The notes under the pieces: generated by a model | The model's input: the letters and a program-made list of their open reading frames with translations, nothing else | Told to the model about the DNA's origin: nothing | Databases searched by the model: none | Sequence record: LC727701.1 | DNA: 64,000 nt | Reading direction: 5' to 3' (one strand) | Translations under genes and position numbers: made by a program | Part shown: positions 56,536 to 64,000 of the stretch, in pieces | Numbering within the stretch: the first letter of the stretch is position 1 | Layout: every line of letters starts with the position of its first letter

Positions 56536-58416
56536 ATGGCTGTTAACGAAAACGAAATCGGCACCGTTCAAACTCAAGCTACCGCTCCGGCTCCGCAACC
56601 CACTGCACAACGTCAAGCTCAACGTCCGGCTGGCGCACCTGGGTCCACTACTGGCATTAACCACCTAATGCGCCGTTCTGGCCGGCTAGATGGTTCTGAT
56701 GCTCGTTCAGCAGATGCCCTACAAGTATTCACTAAAGTAAAAGAAGAAGCAATCCGCCATCAGGACCTACCTGATGACTTCGATATCCATCGTTTCGATC
56801 GCGATGCGCAGCAAGTTGGTATGGCTGGTCTACTCATTGTTAAACTAGCTAAAGATATCAATGGTTCCATGAAGGCATTCGTTCGTACTCTAGTACTCGA
56901 TAACCTACCTGGTACTCGCATCCGTCCCCGTACCCACAAAATCAACAATGGTCTAACTGATGACATCATTGAAGAGAAGGTACTACCGCGTGATGTGTTC
57001 ACTGCTCAATACTGGAGCAAGATCGGCGAGTTCCTACGGAACCGTTACAACATCCCTGGTCTAGAAGTACTATCTGCCGGTCCCCGTGCAGTGTATGCTG
57101 ACTTCGACTTCAAAGATGAACTAGCTGTTAAGAACCTACTAGTTGAATCTGTTAATATCTGTGAAGATGCTATTGCGCGTCGTAACAATGAGACTCCGTT
57201 CTCTATTGCGACCCACATCAAAGCAGAAAACGAACAGCTTACCTGCAATCTAGACTACAATGGTATTCCGGTTAAAGATAGCTGTGGTAATCCGATCCGT
57301 TCTGACCTGGTCATCTCCACTAGCCGTGGTAAGAAAACCAACGTACCTGAGAACGAGTTCTATGATACCGATAGCCAGCTAAACCAAGTTAGTCTATTCG
57401 TAGATCTACATTGGACTCCGACCACTGGCCAGCAACAAGGCATGTTTGGCGTAACTCTACCTGGTGCAGTTCTACCTCCGCAGTTCACTCCTTACATCGT
57501 TATTACTGACGTTCGTAAGGCGTCCTGGATCCAAGCATGGACTCTAGAAATGTGGCTGTTCGCGCTTGGTAACGCGTATCGTGCAACTGCATCTCAGGCA
57601 TGGGCTCGTACTCTAATGCCGAAGATCGCTACTAGTAAGATGCGTGATATTGGTGCACTTGGTTATTACTCAGAGCTAGGTAAAGCGATTGAAACTCGCA
57701 CCGAAGCATTCATGGCAGACGACAGCAACTTCGTAATGCTAATGAACAAGATGGTTAACCAGAACCCTGCATTCCAGATCGATGTCGATCCAATGGGAGA
57801 CAACTCAGCTATTGAGCAAGTCGTCCTAGATGCAGCTGGTGGCGTAAACCAAGCTCGTGCAGTTAGTCTGATCTTCCAAGCTCTAACTAACCTATACGGC
57901 ACTGATTTCCGTCAGTTCTATAATCTAGCTGAAGCTGGTCCGATTATCTTTGACAACCATCATGAAGTAGACCTCGGTCACTACACTGATGAGCATGGTG
58001 AACTAAGCGACCGTCGTGATCTCGACGTTCTAGGTGCCATGAACATGTCTGAAGGTAATGACCAAGAGTGGAAGACCTGGTATGCTACTCAGGTAGGTAA
58101 TGACCACATTGTGCGTCGTATGAATAACAGTAAAGGCTTCGACAAGATGTACCTAGGTAACGTTACCTATACTGGTCGTGCTCGTCGTCTAACCTTTAAC
58201 CCGAAATTCATCACCGCAATGGATGCCGCAGCAGCAGCAGCTGGTGTAACTGTAACCATGGAAAACCTAATTACCAACTTCGGTCAACAGCGCTTCGCTG
58301 GTTACACCGGTATGGGTAACATGGCTGTTTCTGGTAGTGCACAAGTTGGCATGGCTGGCAGCATGGGTCAAACTTACGGCGCTCCTTCCTATAATGCACC
58401 GGGTACCTGGTACTAA
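56536..58416 (+). CDS. chmA: Chimallin, major phage nuclear shell protein (gp54-like)
   Basis: 626 aa, disordered N- and C-tails, C-terminal PGTWY, position before nvRNAP beta'N. Confidence 0.92.
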   Translation: MAVNENEIGTVQTQATAPAPQPTAQRQAQRPAGAPGSTTGINHLMRRSGRLDGSDARSADALQVFTKVKEEAIRHQDLPDDFDIHRFDRDAQQVGMAGLLIVKLAKDINGSMKAFVRTLVLDNLPGTRIRPRTHKINNGLTDDIIEEKVLPRDVFTAQYWSKIGEFLRNRYNIPGLEVLSAGPRAVYADFDFKDELAVKNLLVESVNICEDAIARRNNETPFSIATHIKAENEQLTCNLDYNGIPVKDSCGNPIRSDLVISTSRGKKTNVPENEFYDTDSQLNQVSLFVDLHWTPTTGQQQGMFGVTLPGAVLPPQFTPYIVITDVRKASWIQAWTLEMWLFALGNAYRATASQAWARTLMPKIATSKMRDIGALGYYSELGKAIETRTEAFMADDSNFVMLMNKMVNQNPAFQIDVDPMGDNSAIEQVVLDAAGGVNQARAVSLIFQALTNLYGTDFRQFYNLAEAGPIIFDNHHEVDLGHYTDEHGELSDRRDLDVLGAMNMSEGNDQEWKTWYATQVGNDHIVRRMNNSKGFDKMYLGNVTYTGRARRLTFNPKFITAMDAAAAAAGVTVTMENLITNFGQQRFAGYTGMGNMAVSGSAQVGMAGSMGQTYGAPSYNAPGTWY

Positions 58417-58785
58417 TAGGAAATACCTCGGTAGATAGGGATGTTAAATAAGTAACATCCCGATTCTAATACTGCGACCCTGGTTCACTTCGGTGATAAC
58501 GGTTAGGAGTAGGTTCCGTGAAGTAATCGACTAGTGGACTTAGTCTAGGTCGACCTATCACTACACGAGGATGATAGATCACTTAACCGAAAGGAGTTAC
58601 TCAAAAGGTAACGTGTGATCAAAAACTACAATGGATGGTAAATGAGACTAGTGCCGGTATGCTACAAAGAAGAGCGGAGGTTAAGCTTTGTAGATGATGC
58701 TAGGCTCGGGCCAGGCTCCGTTGGTGGTCCATTGTAAAAACTGATATAGCGGCTCCTTCGGGGGCCGCTTATATCTCCTTTTTTT
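58417..58785 (+). ncRNA. Candidate ~365-nt multi-stem RNA (chmA 3' region)
   Basis: No ORF; at least seven hand-paired stems and a loop-loop complement; ends in a strong UUCG terminator. Confidence 0.6.
58743..58785 (+). terminator. Strong terminator
   Basis: GATATAGCGGCTCC-TTCG-GGGGCCGCTTATATC then T9. Confidence 0.85.
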
Positions 58786-58810
58786 GTTAATCGATAAACA
58801 GGAGTTTGGT

Positions 58811-60055
58811 ATGGGTCTTTATGCCAAAGTTGTTGATCATAATGAAGTTCATGATCAATTTACGGGTAAACGAATTTATGCCAATGATTACAATACGAGT
58901 AACTCAGATGAGAAAGAAGAATTTGATAGGCATTTCTATTCTCATTTCCAAGATTCAGAAGCAATTGAAAGTAGTGTAAGCTGTGATTGTCGAGCAATCG
59001 AAGACGCACATAAACTCGGAGTAATCTGTGATATTTGTAATACTCCAGTTGTCAATACTTCTAGCCGCCCTATCGAACCATCAATGTGGGTTCGTACACC
59101 AAAACATGTACGTAGCCTAATTAACCCACGTTTAATCATTATGCTAACCGGATATCTAGTAACTAAAGAATTCGATTTCTTAGCATATCTAACTGATACT
59201 TCTTATCGATACGATGTAGAATCTATTGGTTCTAAGGAAACACGCAGGAAAGTAGATAGGCTACTGCATCGAGGATTTGAAAGAGGATTAAATCACTTCA
59301 TTGATAATTTCAATGAGATCTTCCAATTCCTACTAGATGCAAATATTATTTCTAATAATAAATCCGAATTCGCTCAATTCGTTGCTCAGAATAAAGATAA
59401 GTTATTCCCTAAATATTTACCAGTTCCTTCTAAACTCTGTTTCGTAGCAGAATCAACCACATCTGGTACTTACTTAGATAAACCAATTGAAGCAGCAATT
59501 GATGCTACCTTAACCTTCGCTAGTATTGATGCATCATCTGTACCACTTAGTCCAATTAAAGCTCAGAATAGGACTATGCGAGGACTAAGACTATATGGCC
59601 AGTTCTACGAGATCTACGCAAAATCACGAATTGCTCAAAAGCCTGGTCTTGCTCGGCGTCACATGTTTGGTGCTCGTCTCAACGCTACGGCACGTGCAGT
59701 AATCACTTCTATTAGTGACCCGCATGATTATGATGAACTACATATCCCTTGGGGGGTAGGTTGTCAATTATTAAAGTATCATCTAACCAATAAACTAAAA
59801 GCAAAGTTTAACATGACAACTCGTGAAGCATTCTCATTTGTATATGAGAATGTACTTCAATATAACCAAATCATCGCAGATCTATTTAAAGAGTTAATTG
59901 CAGAAGCAGCCCCTTATAAAGGGATGGGTTGTACTTTTCACCGAAATCCAACCCTTCAACGTGGATCTACACAGCAGTTCTTTATTACCAAAGTAAAAGA
60001 TGACATTAATGATAATTCTATCAGCATGTCAGTATTATGCTTGAAAGCGCCTAAT
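58811..60055 (+). CDS. Non-virion RNA polymerase beta'-like N-terminal subunit, exon 1 (gp55-like)
   Basis: Zn ribbon CDC..CDIC, FGAR..ARAVI, HRNPTL, ends ..KAPN; ATG 58811 after AGGAG. Confidence 0.9.
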
Positions 60056-61428
60056 CGGATAAGCAAATAACTAAATAAGGGTAAAAACAATGGAACAAAA
60101 CGGAGTAGTGTCCGTCTTTGATCCGGCTTCATTTAAAATTGAATGGCGAGATATTCCTGGATACTCAGCATATGAAGCTAGTAACTTAGGAACAATCCGT
60201 CATAAGCGGTTAAATAGAATATGTAAGTTATACAAAGTACCTACCTCAACTGGTTCATATCTGAAGCTGGGTGCAAAAAATGATAATGGCAGAAGTAATT
60301 CTACATTATCACATATTCTAATTTGTACCGCATTCCATGGTCCATCACCTGGACCAAATTATGAAGTCAATCATAAAGACGGTAACAAACATAATAACTT
60401 ACCTTTTAATTTGGAGTGGATGACTCGTGGTGAAAACATTGAGCATGCTTACAAAAATGGATTAAGAAAAGAAAATAGACGGGTAATTGCAACTGATGTT
60501 ACCACTGGTGAAAAGACTACTTATTACTCGATGAATGAACTTGCTCGGGCATTAGGAGTTAATAAAAATACGGTTTGGGTTATTATACGTGATCATAAGA
60601 CTAAGCCGTATAGAAATAGATTCACATTTGAATTTATTACCGGTGAGACTAAGATTGCTGATCGAGATAGTACCAAGACAGTTTATGTTTTAGACTATAA
60701 GACTAAGACATTACATGTGTTTCATAACTTAGCAGAAATGGAACTTGCACTAGGTACTAAACGTAATAAAGCCTATTACCATCTAGTTAGAGGTAGTAAG
60801 GAAATCATGGATGGTTTGGTATTCTCATATACCGCTAATCCTGAAGATTTCCCTAAATATACTCAGAAAGAAATTGAAGCCTCATTTGGAAAACCTAGTA
60901 ATGGAAAAGGTACTCCAATTGAAGTAACCGACACCATCTTGAACACTACCAAAGTGTATCCGAGTATTCCACACTTTGCAAGAGATGTCGGTATTAAGCA
61001 TCCGAATACTGTTCGAAGAGCAATCTTTGAAAAGAATGGGGTGCTTGATAAATACCTTATTAAGTTAATCAAATCTAGTTCCCCCAATGAGTAATCGTTG
61101 GGTTGAGTTCTCTCTAATTGCTGGGATATCCTGTTAAACTAATCTACCACTGCGAGTCGAAAGACAAAGCCAAGGTTTGAAAAAGATTAGGTAGGGCCAA
61201 TCAGCAGCCAAGCTCCGTAACATTCCATTTAGGAATAGGAGAAGGTTCAACGACTATTACGGTATCAGGTGCACCGGTCCTAGAAATAGGATGTAGGGTC
61301 AAGTGACTCGAAATGGGAGACACCCCACTCCGAAAGGAAGGGTGAAGATATAGTCTGGTCTTCTAGCGAGAGCTAGAGCTGCACGTAATGGTGCGGGTAT
61401 CAATTAACGACTGATACTGAACAATACG
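60056..61428 (+). mobile_element. Group I intron with embedded HNH gene
   Basis: Exon ends in U, intron ends in G; P 61116, Q AATCAGCAGC 61199, R GTTCAACGACTA 61245, S AAGATATAGTCT 61345; splicing restores N|ADFDGD in frame. Confidence 0.93.
60090..61094 (+). CDS. Intron-encoded HNH homing endonuclease (NUMOD4-HNH-3x NUMOD1/IENR1-like)
   Basis: EWRDIPGYSAYEASNLG; VNHKDGNKHNNLPFNLEW; three helix-turn-helix-like C-terminal repeats. Confidence 0.9.
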   Translation: MEQNGVVSVFDPASFKIEWRDIPGYSAYEASNLGTIRHKRLNRICKLYKVPTSTGSYLKLGAKNDNGRSNSTLSHILICTAFHGPSPGPNYEVNHKDGNKHNNLPFNLEWMTRGENIEHAYKNGLRKENRRVIATDVTTGEKTTYYSMNELARALGVNKNTVWVIIRDHKTKPYRNRFTFEFITGETKIADRDSTKTVYVLDYKTKTLHVFHNLAEMELALGTKRNKAYYHLVRGSKEIMDGLVFSYTANPEDFPKYTQKEIEASFGKPSNGKGTPIEVTDTILNTTKVYPSIPHFARDVGIKHPNTVRRAIFEKNGVLDKYLIKLIKSSSPNE

Positions 61429-61650
61429 GCTGACTTTGACGGCGATCAATTGAATCTTACGTTAATGCCTGATGTGTATTTAACTAAAGCAACTGAACGC
61501 ATTGCTCCACATACATGGGTTCTATCTATTGATGAACCACATGAAATCTCAGGTAACCTTGAATTACAGGGTCCTGTTGTAGAAACAATTATTAACTGGG
61601 CGCATGAGAAGTATTTACCGCCATTAGAAGAATGGCTAAAAGCAAAATAA
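61429..61650 (+). CDS. nvRNAP beta'-N subunit, exon 2
   Basis: ADFDGDQLNLTLMPD..; spliced product 488 aa. Confidence 0.9.
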   Translation, partial: ADFDGDQLNLTLMPDVYLTKATERIAPHTWVLSIDEPHEISGNLELQGPVVETIINWAHEKYLPPLEEWLKAK

Positions 61651-61652
61651 AT

Positions 61653-61679
61653 TAATAGGGGAGTTAGACTCCCCTATTA
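61653..61679 (+). terminator. Terminator
   Basis: TAATAGGGGAGT-TAG-ACTCCCCTATTA. Confidence 0.75.
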
Positions 61680-61698
61680 TTTCTTTGAGGCTGGTAGC

Positions 61699-62082
61699 AT
61701 GCATGATTTAGTCATCTATTGGAAAGCTCATGATGGTTACTACATACAAGATGAACATGGCGAACATCCTGTAACTTTCCAATTCGCAGAAATTAATTGG
61801 AATTTCACCGGAGCTTATGAATACGGTGGTTCTGAATTGATTGATGGTCATTTAAGATTTGGTATAGATTTCAAAATACGAAATATTAAGTGGTGCATTA
61901 GGTTTAACCTAGACGGTAAGTTTACTTTTTACAATATGTCAAATAATGATCGGGATGATACCCTTGTAATTCCAGCTACTTCAAAATTTGCACAATTCTT
62001 TAAAAAGACAGGTAAACATGTAGTTACTAATGAAGTTATCACTATCCCAATTAATTGCTCTTTTGATAAGCAAATTTATTAA
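61699..62082 (+). CDS. Hypothetical protein
   Basis: 127 aa, GAGG RBS. Confidence 0.7.
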   Translation: MHDLVIYWKAHDGYYIQDEHGEHPVTFQFAEINWNFTGAYEYGGSELIDGHLRFGIDFKIRNIKWCIRFNLDGKFTFYNMSNNDRDDTLVIPATSKFAQFFKKTGKHVVTNEVITIPINCSFDKQIY

Positions 62083-62094
62083 AGGTAAATAAGG

Positions 62095-62520
62095 ATGAAT
62101 AGTAAATGTAATGAATGTACTAAGCAAATCGATAATTCCCACGATGTACCAAAAACACTTGGTATCTGCCATAAGCATTATCGATTCAATGTATTTGGGG
62201 ATAATGGTTTACTTAAAGATTCAGATAAACTAGTTACATTTAAACTTAATAAAGAAACTAATCTATTTGAATGTATTCTAGAAAATACTAAAGGTGAGTA
62301 TGCGGGATTCCATCACCCTAAGTTTGGATTCCGTATTAAACATGATGATCCAATCACTATTGTGGTGACTGCACCTGAACATGACATCCATGTTGAATTA
62401 ACTGTAACTGTTGAAGGTGTTACAAAAGCTATCAATTGGATCGGTCAGGAACTAGACACATTTAACCTACCTATACAACATCCGTTTAATCTATGTTGGT
62501 CATATACGGCCAATAACTGA
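62095..62520 (+). CDS. Hypothetical protein, N-terminal CxxC..CxxH
   Basis: 141 aa. Confidence 0.7.
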   Translation: MNSKCNECTKQIDNSHDVPKTLGICHKHYRFNVFGDNGLLKDSDKLVTFKLNKETNLFECILENTKGEYAGFHHPKFGFRIKHDDPITIVVTAPEHDIHVELTVTVEGVTKAINWIGQELDTFNLPIQHPFNLCWSYTANN

Positions 62521-62572
62521 AGTGTATAATGGTTATAGATACTCATGGTGTGGACCTATTGGACAGTTGCGC
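62471..62572 (+). repeat. 102-bp diverged direct repeat, copy A
   Basis: 80/102 identical, ungapped, with 62837-62938 (hand alignment). Confidence 0.9.
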
Positions 62573-62642
62573 CGTGAAGTTATACTGAATTCAATTTCAG
62601 ATTTATATCACTAAGGTGCAATAGTGATAAGGGGAATACCCA

Positions 62643-62825
62643 ATGTCTAATATTCGTGAAATTATTCGACGTAACCCGGAATGTTTATCACAAGCTGAAC
62701 GAGATGAACGTGAAGCCAGATCGGTAGCCATGATAACTGGGAGATATATTACTCGTGGGAATGGTGATGTAGTGGTAAACAGTAGGTTTGTCGATGCATA
62801 TGTCGAAATGATCTCTAAGCTTTAA
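62643..62825 (+). CDS. 60-aa protein inside the duplicated interval
   Basis: AAGGGGA RBS; own TATATCAC promoter variant at 62604. Confidence 0.65.
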   Translation: MSNIREIIRRNPECLSQAERDEREARSVAMITGRYITRGNGDVVVNSRFVDAYVEMISKL

Positions 62826-62836
62826 GGGGTAATCTA

Positions 62837-62938
62837 TTATGCAACATCCATTTAATCTATGCTGGGTATATGAGTACAGTATCTGAGGTGAATAATGATT
62901 GTAGATGCACATGGTGTAGACCTATTGGACATCTGTGC
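62837..62938 (+). repeat. 102-bp diverged direct repeat, copy B
   Basis: See copy A; period 366 bp. Confidence 0.9.
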
Positions 62939-63506
62939 AGGTGGCCATCTTACACAGCAAACAACCCAATGGTTGGGTGAGCGTAGTCAGGCACTGCGTT
63001 CAACTATGTCAACTGCTGCTGCTAGCTTTTTCAATACTGCACAAAATATGTACAGTATGATTAGTGAATCAGCTGCTGTTCAAGCACTGCGGAATCTAAC
63101 CACAAAGAAAGATAATTTATGGCAGTCGAACAACATTGTGTATCTTGAGACTTTAGCTGAACTACAAACAGCTGGTCCGATTATGCAACGTTGGGTTATG
63201 GCGCATGAGCGTCTAAGAACTATGTATCTTAATAATGAAGTTGATGGATATAGTGGTTCTTATAATAACATCCAAGGTGATGCAGTAGGTGAACGACAGT
63301 TTGATTATCGTCGCGTGATGGATGGAGTTATGTATACCGATAAGAAAGAATTCGGTTATAAAAACTATCACGAAGATATCAAGAGTGATCGTAAACTTAG
63401 TCTGCATGAAAAAGTTGACATCATCCGTATGTGGAATGCTATTGATGGGCATCTGGACGCAGGTGAAGAAGATCCAACTTCAGTCGTAGGTAATCTTCTA
63501 GGTTAA
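62895..63506 (+). CDS. Conserved nucleus-forming-phage protein (gp59-like)
   Basis: 203 aa, GAGGTG RBS; synteny. Confidence 0.7.
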   Translation: MIVDAHGVDLLDICAGGHLTQQTTQWLGERSQALRSTMSTAAASFFNTAQNMYSMISESAAVQALRNLTTKKDNLWQSNNIVYLETLAELQTAGPIMQRWVMAHERLRTMYLNNEVDGYSGSYNNIQGDAVGERQFDYRRVMDGVMYTDKKEFGYKNYHEDIKSDRKLSLHEKVDIIRMWNAIDGHLDAGEEDPTSVVGNLLG

Positions 63507-63512
63507 ATAAAT

Positions 63513-63535
63513 GAGAGTCCCGTACAGGGGCTCTC
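63513..63535 (+). terminator. Terminator-like hairpin
   Basis: GAGAGTCCC-N5-GGGGCTCTC. Confidence 0.6.
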
Positions 63536-63557
63536 TTCTATCGTTTAGGAGAGATCT

Positions 63558-63893
63558 ATGTCAATTGATCTACTCGTACCAAATAAACTAAAGATGTTTC
63601 AAAAAAGTCCAGATGGTACGGGATATATGTATTTTAATAGTACAGATGGAATAGAACTTAAACACGATAATCAAACACGACTATTGTATCTTCCTGATAA
63701 TGTCTATGTAACTGGTGATTATGTTTCACCTGATACTAAATTTATTTTCACAGTTATTGAAGGTGAAGTGGTCTCTATTAAATTAGATACTGGCGAGGAA
63801 ATACATAGTTATAGTTTTTGTGATGAGAGTCCATTGTGGAACCATCCACATATTGCTTTTTACGTTAAGGAAAATACAGATGCTATTAATTAA
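63558..63893 (+). CDS. Hypothetical protein
   Basis: 111 aa, AGGAG RBS. Confidence 0.7.
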   Translation: MSIDLLVPNKLKMFQKSPDGTGYMYFNSTDGIELKHDNQTRLLYLPDNVYVTGDYVSPDTKFIFTVIEGEVVSIKLDTGEEIHSYSFCDESPLWNHPHIAFYVKENTDAIN

Positions 63894-64000
63894 GCGTAAT
63901 GACTCATCAATGCCACTACACCCTATTCTTAAATTAACTACTGCTGTAGTTGATTCAACTCGTTTTAATCTTGAAGAATATTCTTATCTTAAAGAAGCAT
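63880..64000 (+). CDS. Partial ORF running off the window
   Basis: AAGGA RBS; MLLIKRNDSSMPLHPILKLTT.. open to the end. Confidence 0.55.
   Translation, partial: MLLIKRNDSSMPLHPILKLTTAVVDSTRFNLEEYSYLKEA

Noticed and set aside
58417-58785. tmRNA, RNase P or SRP identity for the chmA 3' RNA
   Set aside because: No tRNA-like GGGGC..TTCGA..CCA ends, no RNase P P4 motif and no SRP loop seen
58784-58810. TTG start for the RNAP subunit
   Set aside because: It lies in the terminator U tract; ATG 58811 has an AGGAG RBS

Overview
This is an AT-rich segment of a phiKZ-like (Phikzvirus, nucleus-forming jumbo) Pseudomonas phage genome. Gene order matches my recollection of phiKZ gp~300-306 followed by gp1-gp60; all gp numbers below come from recalled synteny, not from a database search. 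From left to right: (1) a minus-strand tRNA cluster (two Asn, Asp, Ile2/CAT, Pro, Leu) interleaved with small ORFs and a frameshifted HNH endonuclease; (2) a gp303-like head protein, a glycine-zipper protein and nrdB/nrdA; (3) DHFR and a block of small early genes driven by repeated TATATTAC promoter cassettes, including the phiKZ014-like ribosome-binding factor; (4) terminase, baseplate, tail sheath and tube genes; (5) the RNase E inhibitor Dip, PhuZ tubulin, a CX5R phosphatase and the PolB subunit; (6) chimallin (ChmA) and the non-virion RNAP beta'-N subunit, whose NADFDGD motif is split by a group I intron carrying an HNH gene. The strongest unexplained signals are non-coding or in RNA genes. 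They are a ~365-nt multi-stem RNA filling the chmA 3' region, a ~150-nt RNA with two C-rich anti-Shine-Dalgarno-like loops after gp303, and a uORF plus overlapping-hairpin leader before phiKZ014. Also unexplained are a tRNA-Asn built on a tRNA-Tyr-like long-arm scaffold and several duplication scars marking gene-cassette capture. All RNA structures were paired by hand and need computational or experimental confirmation.
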